A DNA stretch of 63,082 bases, filler included, from Pelomyxa schiedti (GCA_020536535.1; 7 parts of 7 records of this genome joined end to end with filler, not necessarily neighbours in it); one strand, 5' to 3'. Shown: positions 26,129 to 39,231, counted from the first letter of the whole stretch. Program-made: numbers and translations. Notes: generated from the sequence alone by a model not told the origin.

Positions 26129-27949
26129 ATGGCAAGCGCATTGTCGGACGCCATACAGTTGTGTGATGGAGTTGCCGAGCTAGGCGGGTTGGTTGTTGGG
26201 TTCGTGCAGGGGTGGCTGGGCACGTCCGGCAGAGGCTCAATCCCCGGCGTATGTGTCATCGCATCGCCACTGTGTAAACTTCGGCGTTTCTATGTTTCTA
26301 TTGCTCTATTTCGATGGATTTGCAGTGGTTGTTTGTGCGTTTTCACCGGCTTTGTTAACGGCCACCACCCCGTGTGATTATGGGTGATAATAAGTGAATT
26401 TGGCACATTTGGGACTTCTTTTCTAATTTTGGAATGTTTATTGTCACACACATTGTTTAATAGAGTAACATTAAATCAAGGAAGCAAGGACATTGGCAGC
26501 TGTGGTTGAAACAATAATAGCAACTATAAAGACTCTGAAAAACACCCCTGCCAATGATACATGCCTGGCTGTTGTTAAAAATATTGAGGCGGAACTCACG
26601 AATGCCAAGGCTATCCTCGAAAAGTGGAAATTAAAGGAGAAGAAAGTTGGCCTTTTCAATGTTGAAATGTAAATCGCACTGACATTAAATTCAGTTCATG
26701 TTCAACCCCAAAACGCATATAGCCGCCACTGTTGCAAGCACAGAACGACTTAAGAGTTTATTTGATCTCTTGGAGAAGGCAAGATCACTCACAGAGGGAA
26801 AGAATGTCAATCCTGCTACTCTAATTACGGATCCGGTACCCTATTTCATTGTTGGCTTTTGTAGGTTGCACTAATTCTAATCCAAGGTTGCCCGAAAATT
26901 CTGGTGCACCAGTTTCGGCGATGTGTAAGTTCATCTACATATTTACTTTTCTGACTATACTTTTAATAGAGTTTCAGCCTCCTATCTTATGTTCGTGGTT
27001 GCTTTTAAGAACGCATATGGATTACCTGCTCCAGCAGTTGAAAAGCTAAAGCAGGGTTATCACTTTGTTGTTTTCTTGCGTGAATACTCACGTTCTTTTT
27101 CTTTTCCAGGTGGCCCACCGGTTCTCGATGTTTATCGGTTTAATGAAGTCACCAAGGCTGGAATTAAAAATCTTATTGCCATTTGCGATTATACAAACCC
27201 TTTCGCCGAACAATTGCAACCAGGGGCCACTCCCTCAAAACCCCTTGTCCATAACGACGTATGCACAGCCTAAATTTTCCTTTCCAGCTGAAATAAACTC
27301 TAGATGATTGGAAGGCGAGTTAACTGGGCTGGTGCACCCCCACTGGCAGTCTCTGAGGCAGCCAGATCCTTTGTGATATGGTCTGATCTCGGGGGAGTCC
27401 TCCAACCAAAAGGTCCAGCTTGGCTGAAATTCATATAGGACGTAGTAACCTTCACCACAGATTGCTCAAATCAGCCGGGTTGCCCAGTTATTGTCGCACC
27501 CTATGCCGAAGGTGTAAATGCCCAACATTGGAAGTTTGATAAATTCGGGTGCGTGTACAACATGCACAGCGGACTTGTGCTTGATGTTGACCTCCAGGCT
27601 CGAGATGGTGTGATGCACGTAATACAGTGGCCAAGACATGCCGGAGCAAACCAGCAATGGAAGTTATATCCCGTATGTACAAACTTCCAGAATTCTCCGG
27701 AGATTAACATTCACACAGGATGGATCCTTCCGAGCTAAGCTTTACCGGGACCAGCAGTGCATGGATGTTGACACAACTAGCAAGGAAGTAATTATGTACT
27801 ATTGGAGGGGCAACAGGCCCAACCAAATGTTCCGCGTCAGCAATGATGTCCAAATTGGTGATTCGCCCCTCAAAGGCTCACCAATTAACACCACGGCACC
27901 AACTGACTTGGTCATTTCTCCCACTGCCTCTTTTCCTGGCCGCTCTTAA
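26129..27949 (+). CDS. Protein with N-terminal helical bundle and C-terminal ricin-B (beta-trefoil) lectin domain; multi-exon
   Basis: Three QxW-type repeats: VNAQHWKFD, SGLVLDV...IQWPRHAGANQQWKL, CMDV...RPNQMFRV. N-terminal exons encode amphipathic helices. 5' splicing is uncertain. Confidence 0.7.
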
Positions 27950-28042
27950 TATCAAAACACCTGACATCATGGGAAAAAAAATAAGGTTATTGTGTTTGGA
28001 AGTAAAAGGGATTCTTTATGTTCTTATGTGGTTTAAAACCCA

Positions 28043-31000
28043 TTATTCGACGGTAATAAGGAACAAAGTAGCTGTACACCCTGGTGGAATAAATGCAAAT
28101 GAGGTTCTTTCTTGTTCAGCCTGTGTGGAATAGTTAGTGATACACCGGCACCCCACAACCACTATTTTGTTGTTATTGTTATATGTCCCTGTTGCCCTTG
28201 TTTGAGCAACCCTGACCCTCGCTTGTACTGTATATTCCCCAGTATGAACTTCCCGCAATGTATATTCAAATGGGCCAAGTCCTGCCGGAGTTCCGGACGA
28301 AATTCTGCCTCCGGATGAGGTGTGGTTGTTCCAGATACTGCATTTCTCACCACCAGGTTCAGTAATGTGCAGCTCCACGTCCGCGGACTCGGAATTGGTC
28401 CACAGACAAATGCGGAGGTCAAGAGGAACTGCGGCCGGGGTTGGAATGAGGCCAGGCGGGATGATTTGCGCAAAGCGATACCTGCAGAGTTCCAGCCGGG
28501 CCGTGAGTTGGATTCCGAAGTCCTGGGCTCTGCATACCGCGTCACCAGTGGCTATATGGTAGAGCTCCTCCAGCATTTTAACGGCCCTCTTGTTGGTGTT
28601 GAAGTTGGAGCTCTCTGCATGGAGAAGAGATACTACGGCGTGGAGTAGTGCTTGAACTTGTTCTGGTCGTAGGTAATGTACGGCAGACCACAGTTTGGCA
28701 GTGTGTTCCCACATTCCCAGTGCTTCGCATACTGTGGCCAGCATCTGGACTGGAACGGGATCGCCTGGTGAGTCCTCAACTAGTTTACTAAGGGCAGTGA
28801 ATATGCGGTCGTACTCTGATTCAGGAAGTAGGATACTGCCATCTCTGAGTTCAGAAAACTGGTTAAGGAGAGTTGATAAGTGGAATTCTCCTGCAAAGTC
28901 ATTCATGCACTGCATTGGTGATCCTGACCAGAGCTTAAGCATGTAGGAGCGAATGGGAATTTCTGACTGCATAGCGAAGTTAGTACCATTTAAATTTTTG
29001 CACCTCTTTCTGTCTACTTGGGTCTGAGGTATACTGCACGACGGATGGTAGGTTGGATGTGACGGAGTGTAAGATCGAGAAGGGAGGATGGTTTGCAAAG
29101 AAGAGCGGACGACAGTGCCCATTTGGGCAAGGGTAGTTGGAATTAGTTCCGGTTCCCCAAAGCGGGAGTCATTGGTAGATATTTCTGAAGGGAGTTCGGG
29201 TTCGGGTGACAGCCAGGTTCGATCACGCAAGGTTCCATTACATTCAGCCAGCTCCCGCAATTGGCACTTTTTCCACTCATTGGTAGATTCGTCCATTGGG
29301 GTTAATAAAGGCTTAACAAGATCGGATGCCCTAGCCAGCTGCTCCTGACTATCTCCCGTCACTAGAACGTGTAGAGGCTCATCACTTGAGCTTTTAGGTG
29401 CAGAGTCCCTCGCCCTGGATCCCTCTTTGATGGAACCCTTGCCTCGTATGCTAATTTTTGCACCACTTTCAGACTCGATACGCTTTTGTGTCTTTCCACG
29501 TGGTCCAATGAGTAGACCAATGAAATTGTAATCAGGAAATTGCGCGTCCGGAATAGGTATTTTCAGTGCCAGTTTCTCAGGTTCTGGAGGGGAAAGGGCC
29601 TATTTGAACGTAAGTTAGAAGGAATAGTATTTGGCTTACATACCAGTCTTTTATCAAGAGGGATAGTATAACCTTTCCTATTTTTCCAATTTGAAATGCA
29701 TGGTGGTATCTTCCACTTCTCTAGATCATTGGATTCCACCTTCAGCTTCTTCCTTGATTTATCTTGCGGTTCAGTTACACACTCTTGGTACCCGGTGGTT
29801 ACCACTTGGGCTTCTGCTGAACCCAATCCAGTTTCCATAAAATGGGCGAACTGAGAAGGAATGGATCTCTCCTCCACAGTACCACTTGCCCACATACAGA
29901 AATTTCTCCAAAGAACTTCAGCAGCTCTTAAGGATCGCTGGGCTATTCGGTACTGCGAAATTTCTCGTTCTTTCTTACGTATCGAATTTTCTCTCATGTA
30001 TTCGGCATGCATTGTGACCTGGCTTGGATGAGGGGTCACCTGGTGGGAAAGATACTGTTCAAGTGTGAATAAGACAATGAAGGAGCATTCGGGTCCGCAT
30101 ATGCAATACTGTTGGCAAAATTCGACAATAGAAGACGTTTCTGCGTTTAGATCACGCATGTGTTCGAGCCTTAGTAACGCCCACTGTCGGGAGATTATGG
30201 AGCCGATTTTTTTCTCTCTTGAAAATTCATGTTGCAAGGGCAAAGAGAACGAATTGGTTTGAATATCCTCCCCACCCTGTACAAATTTAACCTCAATGCT
30301 TGAGTCAGAGTGAGGAAATTGTTCCACTCTTCCGCACACCAAGAATGGCTCCAATTCGGAAATTGTACTAGTGTTGCTCAGGTCTGCTGTGCAACCTTTC
30401 TGTCGTACATCAGCAGTAATCCTACTACCTTGTACTATCTCTGCAGCTTTGAGTGGCTGACAGACTGCCAAGTTGATGTATATACCCCCACTGATGCGAG
30501 AAATGGCTCTAAGAGTTGATTCATTGTGCTGTGAGGCAGTAATAGTATCACATATAGTGAAGACAGGTAAGCATCCAAAGTCAAAAGCACTCGAGTCACC
30601 AGTAGAGAGAGTATCCACACCGTCAGAAAACATAACCCAGATGTGGTAGTGGTCAGAATTGCTTCGGCACCATTTGGCAAGTAATGACAAGTCAGTGGCT
30701 CCGGAATAGTAAATCGTTTCAATTGACTCCATAAGAGTCTGTACTGGGTCTGACCTTTGCCATGAAGACCGCTTATGAATACTGCAAGAATCAAAAGTAA
30801 TAATATCAGCTGCCACAGGTCCTGCCTGCAAAATTGAAATAAGACATTCCAATTCCGATCTGTGAGAGATATGGTCTCTACTTGAAGAGCAGTCCCATAG
30901 AATCCCTATCTTTTTGGATGTAGTTCTTGATTCCGGTATTGCTTGTGGAGGACTGGTGCAGACACATAGAAAGAATGTCTCATTAAGCGTATATTCCACA

Positions 31001-31797
31001 TCCATAATAAACTTGGGAAGATTCGGTATTGTGAAGTCTAGCATACTCTCTGGAGTAGAGGACCCACTGGAGTCATATGAGAACTCCAGGAAATCTCCAG
31101 AATCAGCAACGCTGAAATGAGACAATACTTCTCTGAGTGGAGCACGTAGAGGATGATCGACTTTGACGTCGAAATGAAAAAATCTCAGCAGCTTCGAAAA
31201 AGGACTCAAGTCGAAAGGGAAAGTAAAAGAGGCACAGGCATCACGGACAGTAAGCATGTGAATTATCTCCACAGTAACCTTTTATACCAATATCAATGAG
31301 AGGAATAAACTCCTCATATCTAAAGTTAAAATTTCCTAAACAGAATTAGTACACCCAGTCAGCCAGTCACTTACAACTTATGAATTCCAAAAATGACTCG
31401 CATGTACCAACAATATTAAAACATAGCATCTACTAGTTCGATCTTTACTTTATTTCGTATCAAATAAAAACCCACCGGGAATGAACCTTTGTTATCTCGC
31501 CAGGCGCGATCGGGTACACCCTGCCCCGGAACAAGTTGGCCCCCGAGCCCGCGCACGCCCCGGCCAAGTTGGCGCCGGGGCCGCGGCCCAGGTCGGCGCC
31601 GCGCTGCTCGTGCGCCCACGCCACCCGCCCGGCGTCCGAGGCCACCACCGCGCCCTCGTGCACCCCGCCGCGCGCCGACTCCACGCGGTACCCGCACGCC
31701 GTGGCGCCGCCGGGGAGCCCCACCGTCATGACACCCCCCACGCACCGCGGCAGAGACACAACCGCTGGGCTCGGAGGGGGAGATGGAGAGGGAGAGG
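28043..31797 (-). CDS. VIT-vWA-DUF2135-type protein with in-frame SKIP/SNW motif and SF1/BBP KH-QUA2 insert; 5' truncated by contig end
   Basis: VIT-like (GLPGGATACGYRV...NLFRGRVYPIAPG), vWA MIDAS (ILWDCSSS, SGATDL, MFSDG), WKIPPCISNWKNRKGYTIPLDKRL, a 44-nt GT-AG intron at 29600-29643, PDYNFIGLLIGPRGKTQKRIE...QLRELAECNGTLRD, and C-terminal DLRICLWT..ADVELHITEPGGE..GGRIS..GLGPFEY (DUF2135-like). Confidence 0.82.
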
Positions 31798-31897
31798 NNN
31801 NNNNNNNNNNNNNNNNNNNNNNNNNNNNNNNNNNNNNNNNNTTAATTAATTAANNNNNNNNNNNNNNNNNNNNNNNNNNNNNNNNNNNNNNNNNNNN
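31798..31897. other. Artificial contig linker (N-TTAATTAATTAA-N); also at 33413-33512, 36091-36190, 43600-43699, 59631-59730 and 61256-61355
   Basis: Identical 100-nt structure with a 12-mer giving stop codons in all six frames. Confidence 0.97.
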
Positions 31898-33090
31898 GGG
31901 CCTTGGGGCTTCTGTGTGAGAAATCATAGATTGTGACTGAATGGTTGGTTGTCCTTTCAACAGACACGCTGCGCTCGTCGAGAATTCGCACATAAACGGC
32001 ATCAGGAAACAGCTGTTCATCTGTGGTTGCACAATGAAGATTCCTGTGAAAGTCGAGACCAGTGTAGGTTATAAATAGTTTGTTGCATTGGAAAAAGAAA
32101 TCTTTTGGCCTAGCACTGTATACGGGCAGAGAGAAATCCGGGACACTGTGGGGTAAACTGATGAATGCAGCCTCTGAATAACACTTCGCGATATCAATTT
32201 GTTCAAAGGCAAAGGAGAACACTTCAGTGCTCCTGTACATCACTGATACTTCTGCTCCAGGAGGGATTTGTGACTGCAGTATTGAAGTAAACTTCCACAG
32301 TGTTCCATAGTCAAGGAGGTCTTCTTTTAGTGGTACTATAACACTGGGCTCCAGCGGTTCACCGTGTTTGATTTTCCAAATTTCCAAGCACCTCTTCCTC
32401 TCATTTACGGCAACCATCCAATGGTCATTACAAAGCACACAGTAACCACTTTTAGGGTCTATAGTTGACAACACCTCACTAGTGTCATACACGAGAAGAG
32501 CATTATCCCTGTACCTCCTCAAGATAGCACTGGTTCTCCCTATCCATCCGATTGGTGTGCATCCATCCTTGTCCTCAGTGACATCAGCCTGGTCAGACTC
32601 CCAGCACCTCCCTTCATCCAACACAGTATTCCAAGTGGAACAACAAGTTCTTGGGAGACACCCATTGTTGAGCACAATTGACTCCAATGAAGCCACACCA
32701 CCAGTGTGTGACACCCCGATTCCAAACACCATCAAGAACCCATAAGTGAGTCTGTCGGGATCGCTGTCCTTGTGGCCACCCCAAGGCAGCCGGGCCCTGC
32801 GCCGCCTCCTGCCTTTTTTTGGGGTCTCTCCAGCCCCCAGAGTCACTCAGTCTCGTGACGACTTCGAGGCACACCTGCCTGCAGGGGCACATCAACCAGC
32901 GCCGACCGAGCAGGGCCTGCGAGACCCACGGTGGCAAGACGTGGGCGGGGCTGTGGCACCCGCAGCGGGGAACAACGGAGGCGAGGCTGAGGGCACAGAA
33001 CTGGGCTCGGGCGTCGATGACACGCACGACCTCGAACAGAGGTGACGAAGACGGCAGAGGCTCACACTGATATCGTCTTCGGGCAATCAT
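31898..33090 (-). CDS. Lineage-specific hypothetical protein ('ARxQF' family); frameshifted or spliced, 3' truncated
   Basis: N-terminus IDARAQFCALSLASVVPRCGCHSPA, then in another frame FGIGVSHTGGV and CNDHWMV; resembles 41359-42675. Confidence 0.5.
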
Positions 33091-33780
33091 TTTATGACAA
33101 TTTGTTGATGGTTGTTGTGTTTTTTGGACATTTGATTGGGTCGGTTGGTGAGTCACTGCTGTCACACAAAGTTTCTGAACAGAGATAGAAGCGGAACAAC
33201 TTGGTGAAGTGAAGACTTCCAGGAACCGCAGTGTCCGCCCATAGCGACCAGCAGAAGCTGCGGGTCCACTGAATACTCGGAATTCATTGCGTATAAGCTA
33301 CAACACCTCTGGTACCAGATCTACTAAAATAAATAAACTTTATCTTTTTTGATGTACGAAATGAACTCTTTTAGAACAAGGGGTACATTGACTGTGATTG
33401 GAGTGTGAGTTGNNNNNNNNNNNNNNNNNNNNNNNNNNNNNNNNNNNNNNNNNNNNTTAATTAATTAANNNNNNNNNNNNNNNNNNNNNNNNNNNNNNNN
33501 NNNNNNNNNNNNCACAAACATTTAGCACTTACGGCTTCACTTACACTTGACAAGGGGTGCACGATTCTGAGGAGGGCGATGGAGTTGTCATGCTGAGCAA
33601 CTTGGTCTTTTTTTGTTCTGTGCGGGATCTGCGTAGCAATGGCGACCGAGTCCACGAAATAGGACTGGGACTGCTATCACACACAGGTGCCGTGATATCG
33701 ACATCTTCAGTGCCGGTGGAATATGTTTGTGCATCACCCCGACACTCTACTCGGCAACCATGGTGATGTAAAAAACGGTT

Positions 33781-34820
33781 TTAATTGTGCACCACCTTTA
33801 AAAAGCGCTTATTCCTTCCTGCCCATACTTCCCCCATTGTGAGTCCCAGGGTTCGCATTGAGACAGCGATGTGAAGTGGTGAATCCAACACAAACTGTGT
33901 GAAGTGGTCCTGGGCAAATGTGCATGTCATTTCTGGGAACACACGCATCAGCATCATCCACGTGGCCACGTGGGTGTTCTTGGTCTTGTGCCACTCCACC
34001 ATTTTGGCAACCTGTAAAAGAGACCGTGAGCTTGTTCAGTGACCGATTGCTGCAGAGAGAATACCTCATTCAAGGAAACATGGAATTCATGGATCAACCA
34101 TTCAGCACATCTGGTTTTGTGGTTTTGAATGAGGATGTTCAGCAAGTAGTTTGCACACTGTGTGACATGTTCTTCAGTCAGATGGAATTCTTGGATGAGC
34201 CACTTTACCACTTTACCCGATTGCACACTTTTGCTGTCTAAGAGGCCCTGACAAATGTGCTCTGTGAGGAATGCACAACGTGAAACGATATCATGGTCTG
34301 CATGAGGCTCCAGCTTTCTGTTGCACACTTGATCAAGTGTATTTCAAATTCTTTGAAAGCCACTGGAAAGGTATTCAACAACACAGACAGCTCATGAAAT
34401 TGATGGAGTTTGAGGGCAACAGCTCTATGCACAAAATTTTCACTGATATGTTGCACTTGTACATGAGTAAGAAACCATTGAAGGCCACGAGAACAATTCT
34501 GGCCTTTGCAGATTTGCACAAACAGTGAGGTTGTCTTCCCTGACTTCATAGAAGACACCAAATGGAATGTGCTATCCAACCACTCAGCAATGGATATGTT
34601 GTTGACAGAAAGTGCCTGGCCGAGGCCCTCTCGGAGATGATTGAGTGTAAGTGATTTTGTGGTCATTCCTAGGACAGTCTGCATCATTTCAACACTATCG
34701 TTCTCATTTCCACATGAACAAATGAAGAAATGCGGGGTGACTGGGAACTTTGTAGTCATCCATCTCAGAAGTTCTTTGTCAGCAATCTTGAAGGTACACA
34801 TGCTGGGAGTAAGACCTGGG
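33781..34820 (-). pseudogene. Fragmented paralog of the degenerate ankyrin-like family (compare 19049-21351)
   Basis: ALSVNNISIAEWLDSTFH, CAEWLIHEFHVSLNEV and TWMMLMRVFPEMT match the 19 kb gene; broken across frames and locally inverted. Confidence 0.6.
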
Positions 34821-35313
34821 TTGGACCAAAGAGAGGCTGGTTGTGAGTTTTCCTGGAAGGTAGAATGGCAAGAGATCTAAGTTCTATCCCACCAGCTGCC
34901 GAGAACAGTCAGTTATTCTTTTCAACGTGTAGCTATGAATGCCTCAGTTCCTCACACTACCTCAGTATCATCGTGATCTCTTCCCCCACTTCTGTAAGTC
35001 TCTGAGAATTTCTGCACCCACCAATTACATGTTGACACAATTGCGGCTCATCAAGCCCAAGGGGTGTCAAGTGGCTTATGAGCAAAGACCCAGGTCTTAC
35101 TCCCAGCATGTGTACCTTCAAGATTGCTGACAAAGAACTTCTGAGATGGATGACTACAAAGTTCCCAGTCACCCCACATTTCCTCATTTGTTCATGTGGA
35201 AATGAGAATGATAGTGTTGAAATGATGCAGACTGTCCTAGGAATGACCACAAAATCACTTACACTTGAGTGTAAGTGATTTTGTGGTCATTCCTAGGACA
35301 GTCTGCATCATTT

Positions 35314-35893
35314 CACTATCGGCGTGGATTTTTCTCGCCGTTCCCCCCTATCGGGGAACCCAACTTATCCCAAGTCGCCAAAAATGTACTCCGGTGATTG
35401 GTTTTGTGAGAAGATTTCGATCTCGATTTGACAATTGTGGGTTTCGTCTTGTTCTCTGAACACGAGTTTGTCGATCATTCCCCTACGACATCAAAGCCGC
35501 ACCGGTGCTCTGCTGAAGAGTGAACAACGTACGGAGCCACACGCCCTACAACCAAAATCAAGTGCACTCAACCGAACACAACACCTGTTTCAATCACGCC
35601 TCAGCCTTCCGCTTTTAGTCACCTCCCAAAACAAGAATGTTGATTTTCGACGAAAAAATGCTGGCGGGATTAAAAACCCTGGTACTTTTACCCCTGGTGC
35701 TTTTTGACGAGACTGCTCTACCGGAAACCGAGGATACCGACTTGGTTTAACATTCCGACTTGGGTTAAAAATTCCGACTCGGTTTTTTTTTTCCGACTCG
35801 GGTTTTAGTTTTGTGTCTCGGTTTTTAAGGGGCTACTCTCTGCTGGTAAGCGGGAACGGTTTCGTGAGGCGAGAAAAATCCACGCCAATAGTG
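35314..35893. mobile_element. Putative non-autonomous CACTA-type (En/Spm) element / MITE, 580 bp
   Basis: Left end CACTATCGGCGTGGATTTTTCTCGCC and right end GGCGAGAAAAATCCACGCCAATAGTG (25/26 inverted match); internal CCGACT(T/C)GG repeats at about 35737-35800. No target-site duplication visible. Confidence 0.55.
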
Positions 35894-36839
35894 AAAAAAC
35901 GTCCACTTTTCATCCCCGTTAGGCTAAACGGCAACGGTCAAATTATGCATGGTTAGGCAAAGAGATATTCATTGCTGAGTGGTTGGATAGCACATTCCAT
36001 TTGGTGTCTTCTATGAAGTCAGGGAAGACAACCTCACTGTTTGTGCAAATCTGCAAAGGCCAGAATTGTTCTCGTGGCCTTCAATGGTTTNNNNNNNNNN
36101 NNNNNNNNNNNNNNNNNNNNNNNNNNNNNNNNNNTTAATTAATTAANNNNNNNNNNNNNNNNNNNNNNNNNNNNNNNNNNNNNNNNNNNNGTCCTTTTTA
36201 TTGGCTTTCTGCTTCTAACATCCACACAGGTTCACATGACAATTATTTGATGTACGCACCTTTGCCCCTTGCCAAAGAGCAAGAGAGTCTGCCTGCAGGT
36301 TTGTTCTTTCCACATATCTTATTTTATTTTAATTATTTTGAAGAGTACAACCGTGACAGCCTCTCTGTTACTGGACCACCAGCTAGCAACCACGCAACCA
36401 TGCAGGTGTAAGTAAGGGGAAAAAAAAATAAATTATGTATCTTCCAATTTGTAGGCAACCTGGGAAAATCCCCAATTTGTGCCCGATTTGAGAATGCTCA
36501 AAGCGGTGCCACTTTGTCCAAAGTGTGCACTAGTTAAGCAATTTGGAGGCTCACTTTGGTTCCGATTTGACGCTTAAATAGGGGAAATTTTGGGAGGCGA
36601 TCACCAGTGACGTTCGCAGAAGTCTTTCACAAGGGAAAGGCGAAATGAAGCCGCCGTGTGTGGCGTGGCCCAAGTGCAAACCACGGAAGACACGAAGCAG
36701 CTTGGCCTCGGCCGCCAACCTCGTCTTGTGTGTGTTCGTGTCCGTTCCCCACGACGTTCTACTTCAAGTGGGTTTTTTTTTTTACGTGGTTGTGAAAACG
36801 TTTAGGGCACGAGAAGCCAAACGTGCACTAGGAGAAGCG

Positions 36840-39231
36840 ATGCGGAAAAAGGACGCTGAAGGGGGGGGAGGGGATTTCGAGCAACAGAACGAAACAGAAG
36901 GAACACAGCCGGCGCCGCCACCATCCGCATTATGGGACCCAAACTACTACGGTGCCGGGGTCGCAGCTGGTACTGAGAGAGTGGACTATTCCGGCGCGGC
37001 GGTGATTACTACTTATGGGAGTGGCTTTGTCAACCCGAACAACAACTTGACTCACACAGAAAGTCAAATCCACAATCAAAATCATAAACATAAGCATAAA
37101 CATAAGCACAAGCATAGGCACAAACACACAAGCAAGCACAATTACATTTACTATGCACCAGCCACCACTACATTGCCATCATATACGCTTTCTGAATCAG
37201 TGGTAACAACGGCACTTCCCTCATCCACGATTATGCCTCCGTGCACATTCAACCCGGCAACTGCAACCACAACAACAGCTTTCATGCCGCAGGACCAATT
37301 TTTTGCATATCCAGCACAGCAGGAGCCATCCCAACAGAATATACAACATAATGAGCAACCACTGTTCCCAAACCCACTGGAGACAACAACAATCCAACAT
37401 GACACTCCTTTTGTCGTGAATGAAGAAAGAAGGGAAGGCAACAGTGTTCGCTCGCTCAATCCCACTCCCACTTCCACTTCCGCTTCTGCTTCGGATTCCA
37501 TATCCGCTTCCACTGTTACACCCACTGCTGCCACGATGCCCACCAGCACAACAAACGAAACAATCAGTACCACAGTTATTAGTACAAGCAACATTGGCGA
37601 AAGTGTGAGTTCAGGTAACAGTTTACTGCCCACAACTGCAAGCCTCTCCATGTTGCAGAATAACCTGGTATTGTTGTTGCTACTGAAGCAACAGTCAGAG
37701 CAACTGCTGCAGCTGCAACTTCAGCAACAGCAATCGAAAGATTTACCACAGTTTCAGTCACAACAACAACACAAGCTGTTGTCTGACAGTGGAACCAAGA
37801 ATGTGCAAGATTCCAACTTTATAAATCCTCCAACCACTCTGCCGGCCACTCAGGCAGATGTAACAGAGGTGTGTAAGCTAATTCCTCTTGCTTGGACTTT
37901 TTTTTCTTTTTACAAAAATTCAAGATTGCCCCACTGGAGGATCAACCTGTCACAACACATACTCTCATGATGGATGTGATTGAGAAGTTCCCGTGGTGCC
38001 GCTTCATTGAAGGGGTGAACAGAGCATTCACCATGTCTGCCAAAAAATCCCTAAGAAATAGCAGTGGTGGCAAAAGAAGTAAGGTGAGAGTGGTGAACAG
38101 CCGCACAATTGAGAGGAATCACTGCATTCCTCTTTCCAGCATTGATCTGGTTCCGCAGATGACAAGGAAGCAAATTGATGCATGCTTGCAGCACTTGGTG
38201 GGGTATGTGTAATTTCTCGATGAGTTTTGATGTGTTTCTAAGCAATGCCTGAAGGAAGGGTTATTTGACTGTCAACGACGGCGCATTCAACCAGTCACCA
38301 AACTGGAATGTTTTATATGCTCAGAACAACGAAGCCTGGATGGCAATTAAAGAACAATGTATGTATCCTTTTTCCTTTTTTTTTTAAAATTCTACAGATC
38401 ACATTGGTGTCTCCAAGGAATCTGAAATTGAGTGTGGAGAGGAGAGGACTGAACCAAAACCAGGCAATCATTTTGATATTGCACCAACTCTAGGAAACAC
38501 ACAACAAGGGCAACCGCAACCGCCGGAAATACAGATGCCAGAACAATCGCAACTTCAGTCCCAATTACAAGTCACGGAGCACTCAGCAGACTCCAATCAA
38601 GAGGTTTTTTTATTTTCCACTTATTCGTACTTTTTATTTATCATTTCAGGAAGCAATAAGTATGAACACTTCCGGAAGGAAACCAGTGGAGATTGTATCC
38701 TGCCACAGATCAGAGCACTTCACACCACAGGTTTTTTCTTTTTCCATTCAATTTGGACTTCTCACACTCACCAACTGAAAATAATAGTGGCAGGTGAGAC
38801 TTGACAACGGTGAACTCAAGACCTATAACCTGCCGCAAATTCTCGCACTTCCGGATTCCGCACAGTTCCTTCAACTTATTGGTCAGTACGAGTCCATCTG
38901 CATTCCACAACAAACAGCAAACGCAATACCACCACCGCCACCGCGATTCTCGCCGCCACCACACTCTCCTCCTTTCCTCCCGGTTACCTCTTCGCCATCG
39001 CAACTTCCGCACACGGTGACAGCAATGTCTGTGGGACTCCCAACAATTCCGGGAACAACACAAACTCAACAACGAACTCAACAACCCATTTCACACATCA
39101 CAGAGACAGAAGCGGCACCACCAAATAGCAACCAATGTACATCAATACACCACACCAAGAAGCACAAACAAAACCACGAGCACAGCACAAGCACACAACC
39201 AAAAAAACGAAGAACAAGCCACCAGTCATGA
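36840..39231 (+). CDS. Hypothetical low-complexity (Q/T/S/H-rich) protein; multi-exon
   Basis: Long ORF 36645-37970 plus downstream exons with GT-AG boundaries; no confident domain. Confidence 0.5.

Noticed and set aside
29563-29643. Programmed frameshift between the 569-aa and 439-aa ORFs
   Set aside because: A canonical 44-nt GT-AG intron joins them in frame.
31842-31853. TTAATTAATTAA repeated between N runs as a biological motif
   Set aside because: Artificial six-frame-stop linker; genes on either side of it are not real neighbours.
35737-35825. Short repeats as a CRISPR array
   Set aside because: Units are about 18 bp with no unique spacers, in a eukaryotic context with no cas genes.
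34480-36090. Large inverted repeats (about 34640-34820 with 35090-35265; about 34480-34596 with 35964-36090) as transposon TIRs or an invertible switch
   Set aside because: They are near-identical pieces of one coding gene joined by microhomology, typical of amplification or assembly chimeras.
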